A DNA stretch of 64,000 nt, taken from contig CAWJYV010000007.1 of NCBI GenBank assembly GCA_963847185.1, positions 256,001-320,000 on the forward strand. The letters run 5' to 3'. The stretch's first letter is position 1. Every line of letters starts with the position of its first letter. The notes under the pieces were generated by a model. That model saw only the letters and a list, made by a program, of their open reading frames with translations. It did no database searches and had not been told where the DNA came from. Position numbers and translations under genes: made by a program. This DNA comes from an uncultured Methanosarcinaceae archaeon. GTDB taxonomy: Archaea; Halobacteriota; Methanosarcinia; Methanosarcinales; Methanosarcinaceae. Positions 1 to 9,895 of this stretch are shown here, in pieces.

Positions 1-1192
1 AAGTATTCAGCTCCCCTCTGATTACCATTTCCGTGATCTTTGTCACGTTGGAAAGCCAATCGTCAATGACAGCTTCGGTTTCGGCTTTGACATTTGACAG
101 TTTGTAGCCTTCTTTAGGAATAACCTGGGCACTTGCCACCAGGGGCTGGTCAATAGGCTTTCCTATCTGTGAGAGCAGCCTGACATAGACGTCCTGAACC
201 TCGGGAACTGCTTTTACAATATCCCTGGCCATCTGGGTCGAGAGGAGGTTGTAGATCTTTCCGATATGATTAATCGGATTCTTCCCACTGGTCGCCTCCA
301 TACTCATAGGCCTGTTTGGTGTGATTAACCCATTGCAGCGGTTTCCGCGTCCTACAGAGCCGTCATCTCCCATTTCGGCCGAGGTTCCGGTAACTGTAAG
401 GAAAACACATTGCGCTTTAAGATTGTCAGCAGTGTTAATGAAAACATTTACATTCCGTTCTGTGTAGCGAGTTGAGAGCTCTTCTACATAGGTTTTCATC
501 TCCTGAGTCATGTTGATATAACTGTCTATATCGTCAACATATTTCCCTATCATGCCACTGCATATGGTAAGGGTTATGTCGTCTCCGTCCCTGAGTCCCA
601 TTACCTTCATATCTTCTCCTATTGCAGGCATGCGGGATTTCATGTCTGTAAGGAGTTGCCTCTCTGTGTTGTAAACAAGATTCTCAAGTTCGGAAAATGG
701 AGCATGCCCTACCCCAAAAGAAGTATCGTTTGCAACCGGTACTCTGTCTCTTTGGAAAACATCCCTCAGGTCTGAAGATCCTGTCCCGAGTTTGCAGTCC
801 ATGATCACATCCCTTTCAAGGTCAATGTTTACGAGTGTATTCTTCAGGTACCTGCGGGCAGCCTGGAGGGCTACAGACTCAGTGGCAAGCTCGACGCCTT
901 CAAACTCTTTTGTGGCTCTACCCACCAGAAGGATATATACAGGCTGCAGGACTTCTCCTCCCCCAAATTTGGGGCTGGACCTGCCGGCTACGATCTGGGT
1001 TTCATCAGTGTTGTGGTGAAGTACAGCTCCACACTTGCTTATATATTCCCTGCATAGAGCGCGACTTACGGCTTCGGCCAGTCCGTCCGATATACTATCA
1101 GGATGCCCTATCCCTTTGCGTTCTACAAGCTCTATTTGTTGTTTTTCAATCGGTGTTTGCAAGAGCTCTTCCACTTTGATATTTCGGGCCAT
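1..1192 (-). CDS. mat: Archaeal S-adenosylmethionine synthetase (3' end runs off window)
   Basis: Not in ORF track. Manual translation from ATG at 1192: [37 protein letters not shown]...HHNTDE; ERKGxGHPD is the archaeal MAT signature; RBS AGGA upstream. Confidence 0.95.
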   Translation of the reverse strand, partial: MARNIKVEELLQTPIEKQQIELVERKGIGHPDSISDGLAEAVSRALCREYISKCGAVLHHNTDETQIVAGRSSPKFGGGEVLQPVYILLVGRATKEFEGVELATESVALQAARRYLKNTLVNIDLERDVIMDCKLGTGSSDLRDVFQRDRVPVANDTSFGVGHAPFSELENLVYNTERQLLTDMKSRMPAIGEDMKVMGLRDGDDITLTICSGMIGKYVDDIDSYINMTQEMKTYVEELSTRYTERNVNVFINTADNLKAQCVFLTVTGTSAEMGDDGSVGRGNRCNGLITPNRPMSMEATSGKNPINHIGKIYNLLSTQMARDIVKAVPEVQDVYVRLLSQIGKPIDQPLVASAQVIPKEGYKLSNVKAETEAVIDDWLSNVTKITEMVIRGELNT

Positions 1193-1659
1193 TTGGATCC
1201 TCTTTTTTCAAAATCATTAAAATTTATCAGTAGCTATGGTTTTTTCGGTTTATTATTTTTCGGTCAGTTTCATCATTAATCTACTTCTCATAGCGTTTGA
1301 CCTTATTAATTCACCTGTTGCTATAACATTAATAATATTAATATTCATATCTTGGAAGTCTTTCCTTATTAAATTACTAAAGATATATAATTTTCCATCA
1401 TCTTCTATTACCATTAGTAATTTACAATCTGAAAAAAATATTTTGTTCTTTTAGCTAGTAACGCTTTGAATATATCTTTTTTTTAGAATTTGTCATTCTT
1501 TGAGTTTTTCTTTTCCATAACTTCTTTTTTGAAAGAAAATTTTCATGTATATCTTACCGTGAAGTCTATATTACACAAGAGTATTCAGAGTAAACGTTTT
1601 ATGTGGATAAACCTACCCGGGAAGGTTCCCGGCAGATTATTTATTAGAGGACGGAACAG

Positions 1660-2529
1660 ATGATTCGCATTGCAATACCCAATAAAGGGCGCCTTTACGA
1701 ACCCACAATCTCTATTTTCAAAGATGCAGGGCTTCCCGTTAGCGGCGGGGCCGAAAGTCGGAAACTTTTTGCAAAAACCATAGATCCAGATATCCATTTT
1801 CTTTTTGCCAGAGCCGCTGACATCCCTGAGTATGTACAGGACGGAGCTGCAGACGTTGGCGTTACAGGCATGGACCTGATTACGGAAAGAGGTGCAAGTG
1901 TTGAAGCCCTTTTGGACCTGAAATTTGGGAAGGCAAGCCTTGTTCTGGCTGTCCCTGAAGATTCTGATTTCCAGAAAGCTCAGGATCTGGAAGGCAAAAA
2001 AGTTGCAACCGAGTTTCCAGAAATCGCTTCCCAGTATTTTAGAAAACTTGAAGTTAATGTTGAGATCATAAAGGTCAGTGGAGCCTGTGAGATGACGCCG
2101 CACGTTGGAATTGCCGACGCAATTGTAGATATCTCCAGCTCAGGGACAACTCTGATGATCAATCATCTCAAACCCATTGACACGGTTTTCTCTTCATCCG
2201 TCTATTTGATTGCCAATAAAGAAAGTCTCAGGACAAAGGACAAAATCCTTGATATCAAAACCGCAATTGAAAGTGTTCTTAATGCAAAAAAACGGCGTTA
2301 CCTTATGATGAATGTTCCAGAAAAATCCCTTCAGGCAGTAAAAGATGTCCTTCCAGGGATGGCAGGTCCAACAGTAATGAAGGTTGAGTCAAGCAAATTA
2401 TCTGGAGAGTCAATCCTTGCCGTTCATGCTGTTGTGGATGCAGACCTGATCTTTACTATCGTAAACAAGCTGAAGAATGTCGGTGCAAGGGATATTCTTG
2501 TTGTCCCGATCGAAAGGATAATGCCCTGA
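1660..2529 (+). CDS. hisG: ATP phosphoribosyltransferase (long form)
   Basis: IAIPNKGRL, RAADIPEYV, DAIVDISSSGTTL motifs and C-terminal regulatory domain. Confidence 0.97.
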   Translation: MIRIAIPNKGRLYEPTISIFKDAGLPVSGGAESRKLFAKTIDPDIHFLFARAADIPEYVQDGAADVGVTGMDLITERGASVEALLDLKFGKASLVLAVPEDSDFQKAQDLEGKKVATEFPEIASQYFRKLEVNVEIIKVSGACEMTPHVGIADAIVDISSSGTTLMINHLKPIDTVFSSSVYLIANKESLRTKDKILDIKTAIESVLNAKKRRYLMMNVPEKSLQAVKDVLPGMAGPTVMKVESSKLSGESILAVHAVVDADLIFTIVNKLKNVGARDILVVPIERIMP

Positions 2530-2622
2530 AAAATAAAGCGTGGAAAATAAGGTCTGGAAAATCAATTTATAATAATAAGTTGAAAGTGTTTCTTAAATAG
2601 CATTCCGGAGATGTGGCTTTCG

Positions 2623-3360
2623 ATGGTTTTTGAAGTAATCCCTGCTGTGGATATGAGAGGTGGAAAATGTGTTCAGCTTGTGCAGGGAGTGCCTGGCAGC
2701 GAGATTGTATCCCTTGACGATCCTCTTGCAGTAGCCCTTGATTGGGTCGAGAAAGGAGCAAAAACCCTGCACCTTGTAGACCTGGACGGGGCTATTGAAG
2801 GAGAACGCAAAAATGCTCCCCTAATTGAGAAAATAGTCAATGCATGCAGAAAAAAAGGAGTGCATATACAGGTTGGAGGAGGTATCCGGAGCTTTGAAGA
2901 TGCAGCTTCTCTTCTTGAGCTTGGGGTTTCCAGAGTGATCCTCGGGACCGCTGCCCTTCAGGATCCCGAACTTGTAAAAAGGCTTGCCAGTACCTTTGGA
3001 AGCTCACATGTAAATGTTGCTCTGGATGCAAAGAACGGGAAAATTTCTATCAAAGGCTGGACTGAAGAGTGTTCTCAAACTCCTGTGGAAATGGGAAAAA
3101 AGTTTGAAGATCTGGGTGCAGGCAGTTTACTTTTCACGAATATAGATACCGAAGGGCTCATGCAGGGAGTAAATCCCGTCCCTACAAAAGAACTCGTTGA
3201 ATCAGTAAGTATCCCTGTAATCGCATCCGGTGGTGTAAGTTCTTTGAAAGATCTGAAAGTCCTGAAAGAAACCGGAGCATCAGGAGTTGTGGTAGGCAGT
3301 GCTCTTTATACAGGCAGGTTTACCCTTGAAGATGCTATTGAAGTTGTCCACAGCGACTGA
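2623..3360 (+). CDS. hisA: ProFAR isomerase
   Basis: VIPAVDMRGGKCVQL, LHLVDLDGA, QVGGGIRS, ASGGVSS; start placed at ATG 2623 after GGAG. Confidence 0.96.
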   Translation: MVFEVIPAVDMRGGKCVQLVQGVPGSEIVSLDDPLAVALDWVEKGAKTLHLVDLDGAIEGERKNAPLIEKIVNACRKKGVHIQVGGGIRSFEDAASLLELGVSRVILGTAALQDPELVKRLASTFGSSHVNVALDAKNGKISIKGWTEECSQTPVEMGKKFEDLGAGSLLFTNIDTEGLMQGVNPVPTKELVESVSIPVIASGGVSSLKDLKVLKETGASGVVVGSALYTGRFTLEDAIEVVHSD

Positions 3361-3501
3361 CTGTAGACTCGTTTTCATCTTCAGATGAAGTCATTATCTC
3401 ATTTATTAGCTCATTTCCTTTATCTTCCACAATAGACATTGACCTTTTCGAAGGCAGCTAAATACAAAGCGTTTAATAAATTTAAAGAGAATGGATGCTG
3501 T

Positions 3502-4077
3502 ATGAGAACAGGCAAAATATCCCGCGAGACAAGAGAAACCGACATCGAGCTTGAACTGAACCTTGACGGTACAGGAGCTGCAGATGTCAGCACAGGGATC
3601 GGATTTTTTGATCATATGCTTACCTCTTTTGCGAGGCATGCAGAGTTTGACCTTAAGATTCGTGCCGAAGGAGACCTTTACGTAGACGAGCATCATCTGG
3701 TAGAAGATACAGGGATAGTTCTCGGAAAGGCACTTACAGAAGCACTTGGGAATATGGCAGGAATTGCCCGCTTCGGGGAAGCCAGGATTCCAATGGACGA
3801 AGCTCTCGCAGATGTTGCCCTGGATATTGGCGGGCGCAGTTATCTTGTCCTGAAGGCCGATTTTGCTTCTATTCACGTGGGACAGTTCAGCACCCAGCTT
3901 GTTAAGCATTTCTTCGAAACTCTGGCTTCAAATGCAAAAATTACTCTCCATGCAAGCGTCTACGGGGATAATGACCATCACAAAATCGAAGCTCTCTTCA
4001 AAGCTTTTGCCTATGCCATGAAAAGGGCTGTAAAAATTGAAGGTAAAGATATAAAAAGCACGAAAGGTACTTTATGA
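3502..4077 (+). CDS. hisB: Imidazoleglycerol-phosphate dehydratase
   Basis: [40 protein letters not shown]. Confidence 0.97.
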   Translation: MRTGKISRETRETDIELELNLDGTGAADVSTGIGFFDHMLTSFARHAEFDLKIRAEGDLYVDEHHLVEDTGIVLGKALTEALGNMAGIARFGEARIPMDEALADVALDIGGRSYLVLKADFASIHVGQFSTQLVKHFFETLASNAKITLHASVYGDNDHHKIEALFKAFAYAMKRAVKIEGKDIKSTKGTL

Positions 4078-4097
4078 ACTTTTCACGTTATTAATTT

Positions 4098-4826
4098 TTA
4101 ATTCTTTTTCGTTTTTACTCTCCATTCGTTAGCGAATACGAGCATTGAGTCATGCCTGAGCTGTCCAACAAGGCAAATGTTTGTCTTTTTTGCAGCTTCA
4201 ACACCCGAATCAAAGGGCATAGCTTTGGTAGCGACAAGCGGTATTCCCGCTCTTGCGGCTTTGGTTACCATATAAGCAGGCTGCCTGCCTGTGGAAAGCA
4301 AATAATATTTTGAAATATCGAGCCCCTGAAGGAAAGCCGCTCCAACTGCCTTATCCATTGCATTATGCCTACCTACATCGACGATCTGGACTACTGGTTC
4401 TCCTTTTCTGTCTATAAGGGCAGCAAGATGGGTCCCTCTGGTAAGCCTGTATGTATCCGATTCAAGATGATCTATGCCTGCAAAGAGAGCTTCTGGCTCA
4501 AAAATATTGTCTGAATCTACGAACACCTGTTCATTCGATTTTCTTCTTTGGAAGGGCTGATCTTCCTTTTCGGTCTGGACGTGAATCTTGTTGTCTTCTT
4601 CCTCAATTTGTGTAATTTCACTGAATTTGACCGCTCCTTCTGTAATTAGATGTCCAACTGCAAGCTCTTTCAGTTCAAGTGGAGATGCAAACAGAGTGGT
4701 AAAGGCTTTCCTATTCAAAAAAAGTTTAACAGGGCATTCCCTTGCAAGTAATACTTCAATTTCTTCGGCTCTGCCATCGGAATGTAATCTTCTGGCAGGG
4801 TAAGCAGTAGTATATCTTTCAGGCAT
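4098..4826 (-). CDS. fdhD: FdhD/NarQ family formate dehydrogenase accessory sulfurtransferase
   Basis: ELAVGHLITEG, TRGTHLAAL, DVGRHNAMDKAVG, MVTKAARAGIP. Confidence 0.9.
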   Translation of the reverse strand: MPERYTTAYPARRLHSDGRAEEIEVLLARECPVKLFLNRKAFTTLFASPLELKELAVGHLITEGAVKFSEITQIEEEDNKIHVQTEKEDQPFQRRKSNEQVFVDSDNIFEPEALFAGIDHLESDTYRLTRGTHLAALIDRKGEPVVQIVDVGRHNAMDKAVGAAFLQGLDISKYYLLSTGRQPAYMVTKAARAGIPLVATKAMPFDSGVEAAKKTNICLVGQLRHDSMLVFANEWRVKTKKN

Positions 4827-4974
4827 TTTTATTCCTGTACTTTGACGTGTTCATTAGAATTATTATTTGGGATTTGCTGATTATGTGTGAATTGTATCTT
4901 GCTTAGTTGAGTTAATCCCTGAAGTTTCAGTTCCAATCTGTTGAATTTCCAATCGATTTCTAAACTAATACAGA

Positions 4975-5020
4975 AGGGGAAAAAACCCTTGGAAGGGGTT
5001 GCTGCTGAAATTTTCAGCAG
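4975..5020. terminator. Hairpins 3' of the propeller-pilin gene (putative terminator)
   Basis: AAGGGG...CCCCTT and CTGCTGAAA/TTTCAGCAG inverted repeats next to a T-run on the minus strand. Confidence 0.4.
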
Positions 5021-5029
5021 GAGTATGGG

Positions 5030-7186
5030 TTATGCTGGTGGAAGAACTATAAACTGGCCAAAAGCAATAGGATTTTCTCCTACATTCACTGTGGTAACAC
5101 TATTATTGTCTGTTGTGTCAATTACAGAGACAGTGTTGTCTCCGGAGTTTGCCACATATACTTTTGTCCCTTCCTTGTTGATTGCAACTCCCGTAGGACT
5201 GCTTCCTACATTCACTGTACTTATAACAGCATTAGTTGAGGTATCAATTACAGAGATAGTGTTGCTGTCGTAGTTAGTCACATATACTTTTGTTCCGTCA
5301 GAGGTGACTGCAACTCCCTCAGGATAGTATCCTACATTTACAGTCTCTGTAACAGTGTTTGTAGCTGTGTCAATTACAGATACAGTATTGCTGCCAGCGT
5401 TTGTCACATATACCTTTGTTCCATCCGGGGTGACTGCAACTCCAAAAGGGAAACTTCCTACAGATACCGTGGTTGTGACAGTATTTGTAGCCGTGTCAAT
5501 TACAGAGACCGTTTTACCGGGATTGTTAATTCTGCCCGAATTCGTCACATATAACTTTGTCCCATCAGGGGTAGTTGCAAGTCCTGTAGGATTGCTTCCT
5601 ACTTTCACCCTTGTTTGAACAGTGTTATTCGCTGTGTAAATTATATATACATCGTTGCTACCCCCCTGGTGCGCCACATATACTTTTGTTCCCGCCGAAT
5701 TTACTGCAACTCCCCAGGGGCTATTTCCTACATTCACGGTCGCTGTAACAGTGTTATTTATTGTATCAATTATAGAGACAGTTCCGATAGCTCCTTGATT
5801 CGCCAAATATACCCTTGTTCCGTCAGGGGAGACTGCAATTCCGGAAGGATTATTCCCTACATCAACAGTCACTATAACAGTTTTATTTGCTGTGTCAATT
5901 ACTGAGACAGTATTGCTGTTGTAATTCGTAATGTATGCGTAGGCTCTCAGGACATTGATTGTACTAAACGTCGAGTCTGTTCCATAAGAATTTGTAACTG
6001 TCTGAGTTATGGTAAATGTTCCAGATTTTGTGTATGTGTGCTTCGGGGCTTTTTCTGTTGATACAGGAGTTCCATCGCCAAAATCGTAGATGTACTTGGT
6101 TGCGTACTGTGATTTATCGGTAATCTGTATCTCTACAGGAGCGCAGCCTCTTTGAGGATTAAAACCGAATCCAGCAACAGGTAGTTTCTTAACAATTCCA
6201 CTATCAATGACACGACTGGTATCTTTGAAATTACTCCCTGCTCCCAGTTCTGCTTGTATCACTGATTTACTTATATAGAATCTCTCAAGACTCTTGTCGC
6301 CGGCAGGAAATTCAAAGTATACCGAGTATAGGCCGTTATCTGAGGTATTATTCTTAAAAAGCTTATAGTCCTCATGATCAAGGCCTGCATCTTCTGTGAC
6401 TTCATTAAAGTAAGAGTACCAGGCATCCGGATATTTCGTGATAATTGTGAAGTTGAATGAATTAATGCCTCCGGAGTCGGTACTATCATAAACAGGGGTG
6501 TTATTAAGTCCGGTAAATCTCAAGGAAGCAGATGTATCCGAAGAAATAGAGTCACTATCTCCTGATATGTTGATTAGTTGGGCCGAAAAAGTATAGTTAC
6601 TTTCGTTATTTTGGTTCTTTGCTATATTGAACGAAGGAAATTGTTTCATCAATGACCTGTTACTCTGGGAAAGAATCACGGCCCCGTTTTCGTACCTGAG
6701 GGTCTGGTCCATATATTGATTGTTATTTGAGTGATAGTTAATACCTCCACATTCCAGAATTTGATTTCCCAGGACTTGAGCTGAACCTGTAGATGTTCGA
6801 GTATTTATGGTTATGTTGCAGGGCTCCGTATTTACTGAAAGCGTTCCGCTTGATTTTGAAGGCTCAAAAACAGGGATTTCTCCTCCTCCAAGACTAAATG
6901 GAACGGTTACGGAAAAGCCATAAGCTGAAGAGTATGGGTCTGAAGTGAGAAGAGTAATCAAATCTACAGTTGATTTAAGTTCCGCCATGTTGCTCTCTAC
7001 TTCTTTCATATGCGATTCTTCAGCATCAGTTTTCCATTCGGGAACATGCTCAATCCTTATTACTGCAAATACACTAAATATAATACACAAGAGCAATACT
7101 GCCGCAATTACCGTGGCTCCTGCAGATTCCGAACTGAATAGGCTCTTTCTCGCCTTTTCCCTGATTCTGTTCTCTCTGGTTTTCAT
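5030..7186 (-). CDS. Minor pilin-like protein fused to PKD domain and YVTN beta-propeller (putative pilus adhesin)
   Basis: Basic leader, then ESA/GATVIAAVLLL hydrophobic helix (class III-like signal); PKD motif YDFGDG...HTYTKSGTFTITQTVTN; about seven P.G.AV.PDG.KVYVTN...TVSVIDT repeats. Confidence 0.85.
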   Translation of the reverse strand: MKTRENRIREKARKSLFSSESAGATVIAAVLLLCIIFSVFAVIRIEHVPEWKTDAEESHMKEVESNMAELKSTVDLITLLTSDPYSSAYGFSVTVPFSLGGGEIPVFEPSKSSGTLSVNTEPCNITINTRTSTGSAQVLGNQILECGGINYHSNNNQYMDQTLRYENGAVILSQSNRSLMKQFPSFNIAKNQNNESNYTFSAQLINISGDSDSISSDTSASLRFTGLNNTPVYDSTDSGGINSFNFTIITKYPDAWYSYFNEVTEDAGLDHEDYKLFKNNTSDNGLYSVYFEFPAGDKSLERFYISKSVIQAELGAGSNFKDTSRVIDSGIVKKLPVAGFGFNPQRGCAPVEIQITDKSQYATKYIYDFGDGTPVSTEKAPKHTYTKSGTFTITQTVTNSYGTDSTFSTINVLRAYAYITNYNSNTVSVIDTANKTVIVTVDVGNNPSGIAVSPDGTRVYLANQGAIGTVSIIDTINNTVTATVNVGNSPWGVAVNSAGTKVYVAHQGGSNDVYIIYTANNTVQTRVKVGSNPTGLATTPDGTKLYVTNSGRINNPGKTVSVIDTATNTVTTTVSVGSFPFGVAVTPDGTKVYVTNAGSNTVSVIDTATNTVTETVNVGYYPEGVAVTSDGTKVYVTNYDSNTISVIDTSTNAVISTVNVGSSPTGVAINKEGTKVYVANSGDNTVSVIDTTDNNSVTTVNVGENPIAFGQFIVLPPA

Positions 7187-7233
7187 GGCGGAACATCATA
7201 TTATTTGTTTACAGGTAGATGTAATTTGAAAGT

Positions 7234-8196
7234 TTAGCTTAAACTGATTCCAAGTTCTGCATTAACTGCGGTATTGCCAACATAAAGCCTTTTGAGATTA
7301 ATGGTGCTGTTTTCCGCAGGAAATGAAAAGGTGAGAAAGTTTTCGTTTTCGCCAGGTTCAAGAATATAATCTTCTTCTCTCAGCCCTGCCTTTCTCATCA
7401 TTTCTTTAAAATAAGCTTCCCAGGCATCTGGATAGTCAGTCTCTATTTTCAAAGTGAAGTTATTCACATTTCCATCGTACACTGAACTAAAAAAGTAATT
7501 TTTCAGACGAATTGTGCAGTCCGAGTTTGATGAAAGCGTATTCCCGGTTCCCTGAATTTCCACGGCGTTAATTAAAAACGTGTAATTTCCTGAAGAATCT
7601 TCAAAAACGCGAATTGAAGGGAAAAGCTTCATAATTGCCTGTTCTTCCTGTGCGAAGATCAGGGCTCCATTTTCATATCTGAACGCCTGATCTACATAGT
7701 ATTTATTGTTAGATCGATAAGAAATTGTGCCACAGCTGATTGTTGTTTCATTTCCGTTTGCAGGGGTTACAGTCATAATGCACTGATCTGTATTTACTGA
7801 AACAGTTCCACTGGATTTCGAGTAATCTATCAAAGGAACCTTCGGGCTTCCGGGATGAAAGGATATTGTTGTATTAACGTTTGAAATAGGGGATTTAGGG
7901 TCTTGTACGGGAATTGACATAAGGATTAATGTAGTCTGGTCTAATTTTGATTTGATCTCTGTCATGTCATTCCATGCGTCTGTCATATGGGATTTTTCAG
8001 TTTCGCTTTTCCATTCCGGCACATACCCCAGGTGAATTACGGAATAAATGGAAAATACTATCCCAAAAAGCAAAATAAATGATATAGCACTCGATGAAGC
8101 TGATTCCGATTGAATAACATAGTTAAGGAGGAGTCCGGGCACGTTACTTTTCATCTTGCTTATCTTCCCCATACCCTCTTCCTTTCCCTTTTCCAC
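7234..8196 (-). CDS. Minor pilin-like protein, paralog of the N-terminal half of 5030..7186
   Basis: ESA/SSSAISFILLFGIVF helix; shares VPEWK..E.SHM, KSSGT.SVNT, Y.DQ..RYENGA and YPDAW..YF with the neighbour. Confidence 0.75.
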   Translation of the reverse strand: MEKGKEEGMGKISKMKSNVPGLLLNYVIQSESASSSAISFILLFGIVFSIYSVIHLGYVPEWKSETEKSHMTDAWNDMTEIKSKLDQTTLILMSIPVQDPKSPISNVNTTISFHPGSPKVPLIDYSKSSGTVSVNTDQCIMTVTPANGNETTISCGTISYRSNNKYYVDQAFRYENGALIFAQEEQAIMKLFPSIRVFEDSSGNYTFLINAVEIQGTGNTLSSNSDCTIRLKNYFFSSVYDGNVNNFTLKIETDYPDAWEAYFKEMMRKAGLREEDYILEPGENENFLTFSFPAENSTINLKRLYVGNTAVNAELGISLS

Positions 8197-8263
8197 GAGT
8201 TTATATTTTCTATGAGTTTATATTCCAGTCCGCAAATTCACAGAAAATTTATTTGGCTATTTT

Positions 8264-8728
8264 TTAGAGCGTAACTCTTTGAATTACCTGTTGAGACGGT
8301 GTATGTACAAAGTACATTGTTGGATTATCGGTTTTCAAATTAATCCCTCTGTATGTTGGATTAATTTCAATATAATCTCCAAGCATCAGAACATCGTTTG
8401 TAGCACTGTAGTTAAATTCCGACCTGTTGGAAGACAGATCAAATCCTTCCTGTTTTTCTCCTTTGCTAAGAATGATCTTCACGTCTTTCAGATCTATAGC
8501 TTCTCCGCCTTGATGAAATATGTATAAAATATTATTATTCCTATCTATTTTTTCTTGAAAATCAACACGTGGAGTATGAGGGGAATTTGCAATCCCCTTA
8601 TCTGAGAATACAGTAATGGCTATTGAGGAGAAGGCTAAAACAACTATAGATATCATGAGAACCTGCCCCATCATTTCTGAGACTCCCTGGCAGTCTCCAC
8701 TAAGTGCCCTGTTTTTTTTTTCCTCCAC
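8264..8728 (-). CDS. Archaeal type IV pilin (DUF1628-type)
   Basis: QG/VSEMMGQVLMISIVVLAFS class III signal; HQGGEAID motif. Confidence 0.85.
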   Translation of the reverse strand: MEEKKNRALSGDCQGVSEMMGQVLMISIVVLAFSSIAITVFSDKGIANSPHTPRVDFQEKIDRNNNILYIFHQGGEAIDLKDVKIILSKGEKQEGFDLSSNRSEFNYSATNDVLMLGDYIEINPTYRGINLKTDNPTMYFVHTPSQQVIQRVTL

Positions 8729-9022
8729 TTTAATGCCACCGTCTTAATTTATTTGTCTGGCTTCCTAAATTGTTACTAATTGAATATGAATTTAACTGTC
8801 TAATAAAAATAATTGAAATTCTTTCTATTACCATTGTGTATGAAGAAAATAATCTTGTATCTTTTATAAATTATTTAATTCTGTTACCGGCAAAAATATA
8901 TATACAAATGATGAATATGATTGCTTGCAGTTACAAAAATTAAAGATTGTTACTCTATATATGTGTTAGATGTATCAGGCAGGTTCCCTGTCTGTGTACC
9001 TTTAGCCCGGAGGGAGAAAAAT

Positions 9023-9481
9023 ATGAATTTTAAGAAAATGTTTAATAATAGTGATGCAGTGTCCCCGGTTATCGGTGTCATCTTGATGGTTGCAATAACT
9101 GTCATTCTTGCCGCTGCGATCGGTTCATCCGTCTTCGGCCAGGGACCTGAAAAATCTGCGCCGCAAGCAAATATTGAGATCACACCAGTAAGTGCTTATA
9201 ATGGTACTACTTCTACAGGGGCAAGTGTAAAATTTGAACACCTTGGTGGAGATTCTATTAATTTTGGAAGCAATGAGACTGCAAAAGTTATGATCTCCAT
9301 TGGTGGAGATGACTCTACTGCTATTGATGCTACAAGTCTTGGTAAAATGGATGCAGGATCTGCAAAGACTCTAGATCTTCCTAATACTTTCACCACTATT
9401 ATAAGTGGTACTAGCGTTAACTTTAAAGTTATCGATGTTGAGACCAATCAGCTTATTCTTGACAAAGACGTCAGGTTCTAA
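9023..9481 (+). CDS. Archaeal type IV pilin (DUF1628-type), probable major pilin
   Basis: DA/VSPVIGVILMVAITVILAAAIG canonical pilin N-terminus; HLGGDSI; GGAGG RBS before ATG 9023. Confidence 0.92.
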   Translation: MNFKKMFNNSDAVSPVIGVILMVAITVILAAAIGSSVFGQGPEKSAPQANIEITPVSAYNGTTSTGASVKFEHLGGDSINFGSNETAKVMISIGGDDSTAIDATSLGKMDAGSAKTLDLPNTFTTIISGTSVNFKVIDVETNQLILDKDVRF

Positions 9482-9493
9482 ATATAGATTTAA

Positions 9494-9525
9494 GCACCTT
9501 CTTTAGGTGCCTCTTATTCTTTCTT
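9494..9525 (+). terminator. Hairpin plus T-rich tail after pilin
   Basis: GCACCT-tcttt-AGGTGC followed by T-rich run. Confidence 0.5.
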
Positions 9526-9895
9526 AAATAATTGCGTTAATGTATTCTTTTTCTGTTTATTGTTCTTTTAGATTCTATAACCTGCGTTTGGTTTATCAGT
9601 TTGTTAATGTTATCATTGTTTTTCGCAGATGAAACTATCATTATTTAGCTTTTGAGAATCATCTCTGACTGTCAAGTTTTGATATTGTATGAGATTAGCA
9701 AATTAATTTGAAGAGTATTCTATGTAAATATATTATTTGCACCTTCAGGTATTCCCAAGCTTCCTCTATATGAATTAGTAAAAATAGTTTCATGTATCTG
9801 ATTAGTACGTATCATTTTCTTCATTTTGTAAGTACTTTTGGAAGTACAAATTTGTCTATGCAGGTAACTAACGGACCCTGTTCTCTTGTAAAAGA

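Noticed and set aside
1403-8835. Identical 13-mer ttctattaccatt upstream of mat (1403-1415) and of the minor pilins (8823-8835)
   Set aside because: A single 13-bp match between AT-rich intergenic regions is expected by chance in 64 kb, and the genes are functionally unrelated.
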